The notes: generated by a model not told the origin, from the letters alone. A stretch of DNA of 64,000 nucleotides from an uncultured Clostridium sp. (GCA_948470605.1 CAOKPI010000006.1:85-64084), one strand, 5' to 3'. Positions 8,939 to 20,794 are shown, counted from the stretch's first letter. Numbers and translations are program-made.

Positions 8939-10904
8939 ATGGAAAATAAGTACAACAAACAAAAGTATTTAGAATTATTAAGTAAAGAATACCGAAATAT
9001 TAATGAAGTAACAGAAGAAATTATTAATTTACAAGCGATTATCAACTTACCCAAAGGAACCGAAATGTTTTTAAGTGATATTCATGGAGAATATGAGCCA
9101 TTTGTCCACATTTTAAACAATGGAGGAGGAATCATTAAAAGCAAAATTGATTCTATTTTTGGAAATACTACCACAGAAAAAGAAAGAGCAACACTAGCTA
9201 CTTTGATTTACTATCCAGAAGAAAAATTAAAATTAGTCAAACAAAAAAAGCAAGATTTAAAAGAATGGTATACGATTACTTTGTATCGTTTAATTGAAGT
9301 TGCCCAAAAGATTAGTTCCAAATATACAAGGTCAAAAGTAAGAAAGGCCATTAACAGTGGGTTTGAGTATGTGATTGATGAATTATTGCATTCCCAAGCA
9401 GGAAATGAGAAAGATAAAGAAAAATACTATACAGCCATCATAAAAACGATTATTGATTTAGAGCAGGCTGAAAATTTTATTATTGCTATTTCGGATTTAA
9501 TCAAAAGAATGGCAATTGACCATTTGCATATTTTAGGAGACATCTTTGATAGAGGACAATCTCCAGATTTGGTAATTGAAAAGTTAAAGAAATTTCATAG
9601 TTTGGATATGCAATGGGGAAACCATGATATTTATTGGATGGGAGCAAGCTTGCGGTAATAAAGCTTGTATTGCAACTGTTATCAGAAATTGTGCCAGATA
9701 TAACAATATTGCAATTTTAGAAGATGGTTATGGCATTAATATTAGACCTCTTTCTACTTTTGCGATGGAAACTTATCGAGATGATGAATGTTTAAACTTT
9801 ATGCCAAAAGTTTATGATGATAATAAATATGATAGTAGTGATAAAGTGACTATTGCTAAAATCCACAAAGCTATTACAGTGATTCAGTTTAAGCTAGAGG
9901 GGCAATTGATTAAGAAGCATCCAGAATATCATTTAGATAATCGTCTTTTGCTGGATAAAATGAATTTAGAAGAAGGCTATGTGGTACTAGATGGTAAACA
10001 ATATGAATTAAACGATACGAATTTTCCAACCTTAAATCCAAAAGATGCTTATCAATTAAGTGATGAGGAAGAGGAAGTGGTGGAGAGACTTTGTGAATCC
10101 TTTAAACATAGTCAGAGATTAAATGAACATATCGAATTTATTTATCAAAAGGGAGAATTATATACGATATTTAATTCCAATTTATTATTCCATGCTTGTA
10201 TGCCAATGGATGAAAAAGGAAATTTCCAAACAGTTGAGTTTTTAGGAAATAAAGTAAGCGGAAGAAAATATTTTGATTTAGTGAATGAAACCATTCGAAA
10301 AGTGTATGTGAATAAAGAGGAACAAGATGAAGATTTATTAGATATTATGTGGTTTTTGTGGATTTCACCAGTTTCTCCGTTTTTTGGTAAGGATAAGATG
10401 GCAACTTTTGAGAGTTATTTTATAAATGATAAAGAGACACATAAAGAAGAAAAAAATCCGTATTATCATTTTTCTAACCAAGAGGAAATATGCGATAAGA
10501 TTTTAAAAGAGTTTGGATTAGAAGGCAAAGAAGCTCATATTGTCAACGGACATGTGCCAGTTAAAGCTAAAAATGGGGAAAGTCCACTTCATGCCAATGG
10601 AAAATTGTTAGTGATTGATGGGGGATTTGCTAAAAGTTATCAAGTGGCAACAGGAAATGCAGGTTACATATTAAGTTATAATTCAAATGGACTGTTATTA
10701 AGCCAAAATAAGCCATTTGAATCAGTCGAAAAAGCCATTAAAGAAGAGAAAGATATTATTTCTGAGATTGTCGTTAAAAAAACGGGTATTGTAAGAAAAA
10801 CAGTGGGAGATACGGATATTGGTAAAAGATTAAAACAAGAAATACAAGATTTATCAGAATTGTTGCAATTCTATGAATCTGGAAAGTTAAAACAAGTTAA
10901 TTAA
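8939..10904 (+). pseudogene. fbp: Class 3 fructose-1,6-bisphosphatase, frameshifted near 9645-9655
   Basis: ORFs 8939-9658 and 9624-10904 together give a ~650 aa Fbp class 3 protein. The conserved WGNHDIxWMGA / CGNKACIATVIRNCARYNN junction is broken by one extra base in GGAGCAAGCTTGCGG. Confidence 0.85.
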
Positions 10905-10915
10905 AAATGTTTTTT

Positions 10916-11035
10916 AAAGTTAATTCTATTTTTTATGCAGTAACAATTCAGAGGAACCAACAAGCTTACAGTATGTTATGTAGTTACAGACTGGCAGATA
11001 GTTGGGAGTTACATATAAAAAATAGAATTAACTTT
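10916..11035. repeat. ~120 bp MITE-like palindromic element, copy B (inverted relative to copy A)
   Basis: The reverse complement aligns with copy A over nearly its full length; TIRs AAAGTTAATTCTATTTTTTAT / ATAAAAAATAGAATTAACTTT. Confidence 0.9.
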
Positions 11036-11124
11036 TGAAATCATTTTTTTATTTTTCAATGCATAATTTTTTCCTTATTTGTCATAATAAGAATATAAAC
11101 AAAAAATTTACGAGGAGGAAAATT

Positions 11125-11679
11125 ATGAAAGCAACTGGAGTTGTAAGAAGAATAGATGATTTGGGAAGAGTCGTTATCCCAAAAGAAATAAGAAAAACTT
11201 TGAGAATCAAAGAAGGAGACCCATTAGAGATATTTACAGATAGGGAAGGGCAAGTCATATTAAAGAAATATTCTCCTATTGGTGAGCTTTCAGAATTTGC
11301 AGCTGGCTATGCAGAGACATTGTCAAAAACAACAGGACATATTGCTTGTATTACGGATAAAGATACTATTATTGCTGTATCAGGTGGTTCTAAGAAGGAA
11401 TTTCTAGAGCAAGATATTAGTAATGAATTGGAACAATTGATGGAAGATAAAGAAATTTATACCAGTAAAGAAAATAGTGATGTGGCTATGCCAATTACCA
11501 AAAATGATAATCAAGAAAGAAAAAATAATGCACAAGTGGTTTATCCAATTGTTTCCAATGGAGATACGATTGGTACGGTTATTTTAATGTCAAAAGAGCC
11601 AAATGGTAAAATGAATGATGTAGAAAAAAAGGTGGCTCAATCAGCAGCAACATTTTTGGGTAGTCAAATGGATATATAA
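11125..11679 (+). CDS. spoVT: Stage V sporulation protein T (AbrB-family regulator)
   Basis: MKATGVVRRIDDLGRVVIPKEIRKTLRIKEGDPLEIF is the SpoVT/AbrB swapped-hairpin N-terminus, followed by a GAF-like C-terminus; GAGGAGG RBS before ATG 11125. Confidence 0.85.
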   Translation: MKATGVVRRIDDLGRVVIPKEIRKTLRIKEGDPLEIFTDREGQVILKKYSPIGELSEFAAGYAETLSKTTGHIACITDKDTIIAVSGGSKKEFLEQDISNELEQLMEDKEIYTSKENSDVAMPITKNDNQERKNNAQVVYPIVSNGDTIGTVILMSKEPNGKMNDVEKKVAQSAATFLGSQMDI

Positions 11680-11686
11680 TCTTATG

Positions 11687-11722
11687 AAAATCAAGAAAGT
11701 GGTGAAGTTTTCTTGATTTTTT
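11687..11722 (+). terminator. Rho-independent terminator after spoVT
   Basis: AAAATCAAGAAA-gtggtgaag-TTTCTTGATTTT with a T-run. Confidence 0.8.
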
Positions 11723-11778
11723 CCTTATTTTGGAGTATAATTTGGAAAGCGAATCAAATTGAAAAAAGGAGAAATTTT

Positions 11779-13533
11779 ATGAAAGCAATTGAGATAAGGA
11801 ATAAATATTTGGAATTTTTCAAAAGACATGGACATGCTGTTATTCCATCTGCACCATTAATTCCAGAAAATGACCCATCTGTATTATTCAATACAGCTGG
11901 TATGCAACCATTAGTACCTTATTTATTGGGAGAAAAACATCCATCTGGAACACGTTTAACCGATTATCAAAAATGTGTCAGAACGGTTGATATAGACGAA
12001 GTAGGAGACAATCGTCATTTGACCTATTTCGAAATGCTTGGAAACTGGTCATTAGGAGATTATTTCAAAGAAGAATCCATTAGCATGAGTTTCGAATTTC
12101 TAACCAAAGAATTAGGAATTCCAGTAGAAAAATTATCGGTAACTTGTTTTGCAGGAGATGAAGATTGCCCAAGAGATACCGTTTCTGCCGATAACTGGAA
12201 AAAAGTTGGAATTCCAGAGGATAGAATTTATTTTTATGGCAAAGGAGACAACTGGTGGATTGCAGGAGAAGAAGGACCTTGTGGACCAGATACAGAGATG
12301 TTCTATGATACTGGAAAACCAGCTTGTGGACCAGATTGCCAGCCATCTTGTGATTGTGGCAAATATGTTGAAATTTGGAATAATGTATTTATGGAATATT
12401 TTAAAAGTCAAAATGGTTATTCCAAATTAGAGAAAAAGAATGTGGATACAGGTCTAGGCTTAGAGAGAATGGCAATGTTATTACAGGGAAAAGAAACGCC
12501 TTTTGATACGGAATTGTTCCAACCAGTTATGAACAAATTACAACAGCTTCAAAAAGTAGATTATGTGGAAAGTAGAAGAATTGTAGCAGAGCATTTACGT
12601 TCTAGTATGATGATTATTGCAGATGGTGGAAAACCAAGTAATTTAGATAGAGGCTATGTTTTAAGAAGATTAATTAGAAGAATGATAAGACATTTAAATA
12701 AATTACAAATTGATTTAAGTGAACTTTCTGAATTAATAGAAATCAATGTGAAAAACTTAAAAGAAATGTATCCCGATTTAGAAAAAAACAAAGAAATGAT
12801 ACAAAGTGTTATTTTAGAAGAAAAAGATAAATTTGTAAAAACTTTAGCACATGGGGAACGAGAATTTGAAAAAGAAATTAAGAAAATGCAAGAAATAGGA
12901 AAGAAAAAGATTTCGGGAGAAATTGTTTTTCGATTATATGATACCTATGGTTTTCCACCAGAAGTAACCAAAGAGTTAGCAACAGAGCATGGGTATGAGG
13001 TAGATTTAAAGCAATTTGATGAACTATTTAAAAAACATCAAGAGAAGTCAAGACAAGGTTCAGAGCAAAAGTTTAAAGGTGGATTAGCAGAGCAAACAGA
13101 AGAGACCATAGCTTATCACACAGCTACTCATTTATTAAATGCCGCATTAAAGCAAGTCATTGGAAAAGATGCTCATCAAAGAGGTTCTAATATTACGGTT
13201 GATAGAATGAGATTTGATTTTAATTGTGACCATAAATTGACAGACGAAGAAAAGAAGGCGGTAGAAGATTTAGTGAATCAATGGATACAAGAAGGGCTAG
13301 AAGTAACCAAGCAGGAGATGAAAAAAGAAGAAGCTATTCAGTCTGGAGCAGAGTGTATGTTTATTGAAAAATATCCAGATATTGTAACTGTATATAGTAT
13401 AGGGGAAGTGTCCAAAGAACTATGTGGAGGTCCTCATGTGAAAAATACGAAGGAATTGGGAACTTTTAAAATTAAAAAAGAAGAATCTAGTTCGTCAGGG
13501 GTGAGAAGAATTAAAGCAGTTTTAGTGAAATAA
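11779..13533 (+). CDS. alaS: Alanine--tRNA ligase, short form (584 aa; catalytic, tRNA-recognition and editing domains, no C-Ala domain)
   Basis: IRNKYLEFFKRHGH...FNTAGMQP...FEMLGNWSLGDYFK; editing-domain motifs HTATHLLNAAL and CGGPHV; the ORF stops right after the editing domain. Confidence 0.85.
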   Translation: MKAIEIRNKYLEFFKRHGHAVIPSAPLIPENDPSVLFNTAGMQPLVPYLLGEKHPSGTRLTDYQKCVRTVDIDEVGDNRHLTYFEMLGNWSLGDYFKEESISMSFEFLTKELGIPVEKLSVTCFAGDEDCPRDTVSADNWKKVGIPEDRIYFYGKGDNWWIAGEEGPCGPDTEMFYDTGKPACGPDCQPSCDCGKYVEIWNNVFMEYFKSQNGYSKLEKKNVDTGLGLERMAMLLQGKETPFDTELFQPVMNKLQQLQKVDYVESRRIVAEHLRSSMMIIADGGKPSNLDRGYVLRRLIRRMIRHLNKLQIDLSELSELIEINVKNLKEMYPDLEKNKEMIQSVILEEKDKFVKTLAHGEREFEKEIKKMQEIGKKKISGEIVFRLYDTYGFPPEVTKELATEHGYEVDLKQFDELFKKHQEKSRQGSEQKFKGGLAEQTEETIAYHTATHLLNAALKQVIGKDAHQRGSNITVDRMRFDFNCDHKLTDEEKKAVEDLVNQWIQEGLEVTKQEMKKEEAIQSGAECMFIEKYPDIVTVYSIGEVSKELCGGPHVKNTKELGTFKIKKEESSSSGVRRIKAVLVK

Positions 13534-13543
13534 ATTTTTAAGA

Positions 13544-13769
13544 TTGCCAAAGGAGACGGACCTTTTTGGTAATTTGTAAAAATAATAAGACGAATCCTTA
13601 AATATATAAATTTTTTCATTTGCCCCATTCTAAAAATCCTAACAAAAGTTTTCCAAACTTTTGAGGATTTTTGAACGGTCCCCCCGAATTCATTACAAAA
13701 TTTATATATTTAAGGATGGATAAAAATGATAAAACAGAAAAGTGCCAAAAAGGTCTGTCCCCTTTGGCA
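13544..13769. repeat. Nested palindromic intergenic element (three concentric inverted repeats)
   Basis: Outer: GCCAAAGGAGACGGACCTTTTTGG / GCCAAAAAGGTCTGTCCCCTTTGGC. Middle: TCCTTAAATATATAAATTTT / AAAATTTATATATTTAAGGA. Inner: AAAAATCCT..AGGATTTTT. Confidence 0.85.
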
Positions 13770-13794
13770 CTTTGGCAAAAAAGGAGGAGAGAAA

Positions 13795-14139
13795 ATGGAA
13801 GATTGTTTATTTTGTAAAATAATAAAAGGTGAAATACCTTGTAACAAAGTATATGAAGATGAGGAGATTTTAGCTTTTTACGATATTCATCCAGCAGCTC
13901 CTATTCATATTCTAGTAATACCTAAAAAACATATCGCTTCATTAGCACATTTAGAAAAAGAGGATGAAGCAATAGTGGGAAAAATATATAGTGTAATGAA
14001 TCAGATAGCTGAGGAGAAAGATTTTAAAAAGGATGGTTATCGTGTCATTGTAAATTGCGGAAAAAATGGAGGTCAAGAGGTAATGCATTTACATTTTCAT
14101 TTATTAGCTGGCAAACAATTAGGAGAAAAAATTGTCTAA
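13795..14139 (+). CDS. Histidine triad (HIT) family protein
   Basis: CLFCKII.GEIP...HLHFHLLAG histidine triad motif; AGGAGGAG RBS before ATG 13795. Confidence 0.9.
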   Translation: MEDCLFCKIIKGEIPCNKVYEDEEILAFYDIHPAAPIHILVIPKKHIASLAHLEKEDEAIVGKIYSVMNQIAEEKDFKKDGYRVIVNCGKNGGQEVMHLHFHLLAGKQLGEKIV

Positions 14140-14207
14140 AAGCTATACACTTTTGTCGATAGATATGATATAATGGATATAGTAGTAAAAATGTACGGAG
14201 GTAAAAA

Positions 14208-14867
14208 ATGTTTGATAGTAAATATAGTAAGGTATTAACTGTAATATTAGTAATTGTAATTATTGCTATTGTTGGATTATTGGGCTTTTTAGGTTATGAC
14301 TATTATCAAAACTTTGTTGTAACAAAAGATACTTCAGATTTTGTAGATAATTTTCAGGGGGATGTGACAGACGGAGAGGCGAAAGAAGAAGGAGATACAG
14401 CACAAGCGACTACTACTGATCCGTTTGATTTAAAAGATGCAGAGATAACCAATGGTACTACGAAACGAACTTATAAGGGATTTGGTGTATTAGGAACTAT
14501 GGAAATACCAGCTACTAATTTTAAATATCCTGTATTAGAAAAAGTAACCAAAAAATCAATTGAAACAGCTGTAGCATTTTTGTATGGGACAGGATTAAAT
14601 CAACCAGGAAATAGTGTTATTATTGGTCATAATTATAGAAATGGTTTGTTTTTTTCTAATAATAAGAAATTGAATATTGGAGATAAAATATACATAACAG
14701 ATGCAGAAGGAAATAAATTAACTTATACTATTTATAATAAATTTGAAACAACACCAGAAGATACCTCTTTTTATCAAAGAGATACAGGAGGTAAACCAGA
14801 GGTGACGTTATCAACTTGTACAGATGATAGTAAGGCAAGATTAATTATATGTGCGAAAACAGAATAA
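14208..14867 (+). CDS. Sortase family transpeptidase with N-terminal membrane anchor
   Basis: TM helix VLTVILVIVIIAIVGLLGFLGY; catalytic His in IIGHNYRNG, TLSTC catalytic Cys motif, conserved Arg near the C-terminus. Confidence 0.8.
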   Translation: MFDSKYSKVLTVILVIVIIAIVGLLGFLGYDYYQNFVVTKDTSDFVDNFQGDVTDGEAKEEGDTAQATTTDPFDLKDAEITNGTTKRTYKGFGVLGTMEIPATNFKYPVLEKVTKKSIETAVAFLYGTGLNQPGNSVIIGHNYRNGLFFSNNKKLNIGDKIYITDAEGNKLTYTIYNKFETTPEDTSFYQRDTGGKPEVTLSTCTDDSKARLIICAKTE

Positions 14868-14948
14868 AAGAAAAGTGAAAGGAATTTTAAAAATTCCTTT
14901 ATTTTTTTTGCTAAATTGTATATAATGAAGAAAAGTTATAATTTAGTT

Positions 14949-15109
14949 TTAAATATATAAATAATAAAATTTCGTTCTTTACTGGTCGGACGAATCATAT
15001 AAACAGATAAAATAGTATTTTATAGTAATATAAGTTAATTTAGCTTATCTGTATGAATAGGTGTCCTCCCAAACTGCGCATCACTGCATTTTATTATTTA
15101 TATATTTAA
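14949..15109. repeat. MITE-like element with 22 bp perfect terminal inverted repeats
   Basis: TTAAATATATAAATAATAAAAT (14949-14970) and ATTTTATTATTTATATATTTAA (15088-15109); shares the TTAAATATATAAAT core with the middle repeat at 13594-13717. Confidence 0.85.
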
Positions 15110-15125
15110 GACCTTTGAATAATAA

Positions 15126-17165
<2,040 letters not shown>

Positions 17166-17221
17166 TATATGTTTGGGTGTGTTTGGAGACAGGTTAAGAA
17201 GAGGAGAAAAGAGGAGAAATT

Positions 17222-17476
17222 ATGGAGAATTATACATTTGAAATGATGTGGGAAGATTTAAAAAATGGCTATCAGATTTATTATACTTATGTTGGAAATC
17301 GCTATTTACTTTTTAAAACAGCAGAAAATTGCTATACGCAAAAACTACTTTCTGACCATAAGAAAAATCCACAACCTAAAATGTTGATGCTAACTTTGAA
17401 GAGAGTGAAGGAAATGTTTCCTGATATGGAGGATATTGAGTATAAGATAGGAACATCAGAAATAGAAAACTTGTAA
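17222..17476 (+). CDS. Hypothetical protein (84 aa)
   Basis: ORF with GAGGAG RBS; no family recognised. Confidence 0.45.
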   Translation: MENYTFEMMWEDLKNGYQIYYTYVGNRYLLFKTAENCYTQKLLSDHKKNPQPKMLMLTLKRVKEMFPDMEDIEYKIGTSEIENL

Positions 17477-17972
17477 GTGTTGATATGAGCGAGTTTTATT
17501 AAAATGATAAAAATATAGAATTTTATAAAAAACTTGAAAAAACGACCGATTTTATAAAAATAGTAAAAAATAATAGCCTAACTGGTAGGTAGGGAATATG
17601 TCCATTGACATAGCTAAAATAAAAAATTTAATATGCCGATTACAGGAAATAGAGTGTTAGAATAGCACTTTATTTTTTTATTCTAAAAAAGTTTTGAATG
17701 TAAAAGCTAATAGATTTACAGATACAAATAAATGAACAAAAGAGATAAAGAAACGGATATAAAATTCAGGATTTTTCATAATAAAGATATGTCCGATTTG
17801 ATTAAATTTTATTAGCAAAAAGGCGGACAAAATAAAAGTATGCAAATGATTAAGAAATCTAAAAACAAAAGAAAATTACTGTATGGAGTTTAGGGTGTAC
17901 ATACAGGTAAGGGGTTCAAAAGAAAAAAAGATGATGTATATTAGTTTAATTAAGGAATGGAGGTTTAAGATT

Positions 17973-18902
17973 ATGAAAATAAGATTAAGTTCAAGGGATA
18001 TAGAGCTTATATGTTTTATAGGTAGATATAAGCAAATAAAATCAGTTGATTGTAAAAAGATTTATAAATCTAAAGATTATTATAGAAAAAGATTAAAAGT
18101 ATTAGAAAAGGCAGGATATGTAAAAAGAAAAAATACATATTATATAAAAATTGATATAGAGGGAAGAAGATTATTACAAGATTTTGGATATGAAAGTTAT
18201 AATCTTTGTAGAAATAAAGATTACAAAGACAGAATAAAAGATGTAGCAAAGATTGCAATGCTTGCATTTGAAGATGATATAAATTTTATACCTAGTTGGG
18301 AGCTAAAAGAAAATAATATTTATACAGATTTAGGTAGAAAATATATTGGTGAATTGCAGATTTTACAAGATAAATATATTGTGTATTATATTTCAAATAG
18401 AAATAACCCATTATATGTAAGACAAACTTTAACAGATATTAATAAAATGTTTTCAAATGATAAAGTAATCGTGTTTTTAGAAGATTTTGATAGAATCAAT
18501 AAAAGTAATAAGTATTTTACGATAAGTGGTAAATCTATACAGGTAATAAATCCAACAGAAGATAATTTAGAATTGATAAAGACTATTAAAGATATAGATA
18601 TTTATGACGTAGTAAAAGAAATCTACAAAGGAAAAGAAATACTGCTTTCTAACTGGAATAAAGCAGATTTTATAACAGAAGATAAAAGATATATTGTTTT
18701 TATGCCTTTTGTTGATACAGGAAAATTACATAAATTAAATGTAGCTTATGGAGATAATAAAGAAATTAAAAGAAATGTTGATATATTAACTTTAAAGGGA
18801 AATAGAAGTAAGATTAATGAAATGTTAGTTAAATCAACCAATATTATTGAAATTGATAAATGTTTAGATAAGATTAGAAACGAAAGCATGTTATGTGAAT
18901 AA
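17973..18902 (+). CDS. Replication-relaxation family-like protein (mobile element associated)
   Basis: N-terminal wHTH pattern RLSSRDIELICFIGRYKQIKSVDCKKIY resembles the LTxRDxxIL..L...R.LT motif of the Firmicutes replication-relaxation family; assignment from memory only. Confidence 0.45.
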   Translation: MKIRLSSRDIELICFIGRYKQIKSVDCKKIYKSKDYYRKRLKVLEKAGYVKRKNTYYIKIDIEGRRLLQDFGYESYNLCRNKDYKDRIKDVAKIAMLAFEDDINFIPSWELKENNIYTDLGRKYIGELQILQDKYIVYYISNRNNPLYVRQTLTDINKMFSNDKVIVFLEDFDRINKSNKYFTISGKSIQVINPTEDNLELIKTIKDIDIYDVVKEIYKGKEILLSNWNKADFITEDKRYIVFMPFVDTGKLHKLNVAYGDNKEIKRNVDILTLKGNRSKINEMLVKSTNIIEIDKCLDKIRNESMLCE

Positions 18903-18979
18903 TGAAATTTTTAATTTTAGATTTTATTGTAAAAATGGTCAACCTGTGATAAAATTACAGCATAATGGAGGAATGAAAA

Positions 18980-19378
18980 ATGTTTAATATTAATCATGTT
19001 GCAATAAGTGTAACAAATGCTGAAAATAGTATAGAATTTTATAAAAAGTTTGGATTTAAAAAGTTTAAATATTGGAAAGCAGAAGATGAAAGTATAAAAA
19101 TAAATATGCTAAAGTTAAATAATATAGTTTTAGAAATATTTTGCTATAAAGAATATACAAAATTGCCAGACACAGCAAAATCAACAGCAACAGATTTGCC
19201 AATATTAGGAACAAAACATTTTGCACTAGGTGTAGAAAATATTAAAAAAGCAAAAGAATTTGTATTACAGAATAATATTTGTCAAAGTGTAGATATAAAA
19301 ATAGGAAGATTAGGAAAACCATATTTCTTTATTAATGATCCAGATGGAATATTAGTAGAAATAATTGAGAATGATTAG
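18980..19378 (+). CDS. VOC (glyoxalase/bleomycin-resistance/dioxygenase) family protein
   Basis: 132 aa, INHVAISVTNAENSIEFYKK.GF...DPDGILVEIIE, the typical paired beta-alpha-beta-beta-beta module. Confidence 0.75.
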   Translation: MFNINHVAISVTNAENSIEFYKKFGFKKFKYWKAEDESIKINMLKLNNIVLEIFCYKEYTKLPDTAKSTATDLPILGTKHFALGVENIKKAKEFVLQNNICQSVDIKIGRLGKPYFFINDPDGILVEIIEND

Positions 19379-19387
19379 GGCATAAAA

Positions 19388-19756
19388 ATGTTAGTAAATG
19401 AAATAATAGAATATTGTCAAAAAAAGAATAAAGCATATATTGATTATCCATTTGGAGATATTCCAATATGCTTTAAAGTGAATAACAAAATTTTTGCAGA
19501 AATATATCCACTAGAGAATGATTATAAAATAACATTAAAATGTGATCCATTATTAGCAGAATTATATAGAAAACAGTATGAAGATGTAGTAATTAGAGGT
19601 TATCATTGCCCACCAGTTCAAGCAATTTACAGAAATACGGTTTATATAAATAAAACAGTTAGTGATGAGTTGATTTTTGAAATGATAGACCATTCTTACG
19701 ATGAAGTAATAAAAAGTTTTTCTAAAAAGATACAAAAACAATTACTAGAAAATTAG
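19388..19756 (+). CDS. MmcQ/YjbR family DNA-binding protein
   Basis: 122 aa, YPFGDIPICFKVNNKIFAEI pattern typical of YjbR/MmcQ. Confidence 0.65.
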   Translation: MLVNEIIEYCQKKNKAYIDYPFGDIPICFKVNNKIFAEIYPLENDYKITLKCDPLLAELYRKQYEDVVIRGYHCPPVQAIYRNTVYINKTVSDELIFEMIDHSYDEVIKSFSKKIQKQLLEN

Positions 19757-19770
19757 TAAAAAGAAAGGAA

Positions 19771-20694
19771 ATGTATATGTTATCAAATAAATTAAATATA
19801 GGAGACACAATAGGAATTATATCGCCATCAGCACCAATAACACAAGATTTAAAAGAACAATTTAATAGAGGACTACAAGTGTTTAAAGATATGGGATTTA
19901 AAATTGAGTTAAGTAAAAATGTATATGCAAATACATTAGGCTATTCATCTACAGTAAGTGAAAAAGTAGAAGATATAAATGAAATGTTTGCAAATAAAGA
20001 AGTAAAAGCAATAATATGCTCACAAGGTGGACAAAATTCAAATGCAATTCTTCCATACATAGATTATGAAATAATAAAAAATAATCCAAAAATAATAATG
20101 GGAATTAGTGATTCGACAGCGATACTAAATGCTATTTATGCAAAAACAGGAATTATAACATATCATCAAAACGATATTATTTGGGGATTAGGAAGAGAAG
20201 TATCAGAAAAAGAAGCTAATGATTTTAAATTAAGACTAATAGATGGAAAAAATGGAAAAGTAGAACATTTTACAAAATGGAGTTGTTTAAGAGATGGAAT
20301 AGCGGAAGAAGTTTTAGTTGGTGGTAATTTATCAACTCTTGTTAAATTATTAAAAACAGAATACTGTCCAGATTTTAATAATAAAATATTATTTTTAGAA
20401 GAGTATGCAGATGAATCTCCATTAGATGAGGTAGATAGCAAAATAAATATACTAAAACAACATAAAGTATTTGAAAAAATAAAAGGCTTATGGATAGGAT
20501 ATTATGAAAAAGATACAGAAATAGCAAAGTTTGAAGATGTAATAATGAACAATTTACAAGAATATGAATTTCCAATACTAAAATGTAATGATTTTGGACA
20601 TAATTGCGAAAATATAGTTATTCCAGTTGGTGCAAAAATAAAATTAGATGCTACAAATTGTGAAGTTGAAATAATAGAGAGAACATTGAATTAA
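19771..20694 (+). CDS. S66 family LD-carboxypeptidase / MccF-like serine peptidase
   Basis: GDTIGIISPSAP N-terminus, nucleophile motif GISDSTA, C-terminal FGHN histidine motif. Confidence 0.8.
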   Translation: MYMLSNKLNIGDTIGIISPSAPITQDLKEQFNRGLQVFKDMGFKIELSKNVYANTLGYSSTVSEKVEDINEMFANKEVKAIICSQGGQNSNAILPYIDYEIIKNNPKIIMGISDSTAILNAIYAKTGIITYHQNDIIWGLGREVSEKEANDFKLRLIDGKNGKVEHFTKWSCLRDGIAEEVLVGGNLSTLVKLLKTEYCPDFNNKILFLEEYADESPLDEVDSKINILKQHKVFEKIKGLWIGYYEKDTEIAKFEDVIMNNLQEYEFPILKCNDFGHNCENIVIPVGAKIKLDATNCEVEIIERTLN

Positions 20695-20794
20695 TATAAG
20701 ATAAAAGAGTAAATTATATTAAAAATGGATATAAAGATGTAAAAATTAAGTAAGAAAAAGTTGTAAAAGAAATAGAAAAATATTGCAAGATGAT

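Noticed and set aside
11035-11124. N-terminal extension of the spoVT ORF (track start 11035), with similar extensions at 312, 13726, 24189, 31966, 55783, 59157 and 60042
   Set aside because: The extensions run through repeat elements or terminators and lack an RBS. Internal ATGs preceded by strong GGAGG-type RBSs give the canonical protein N-termini.
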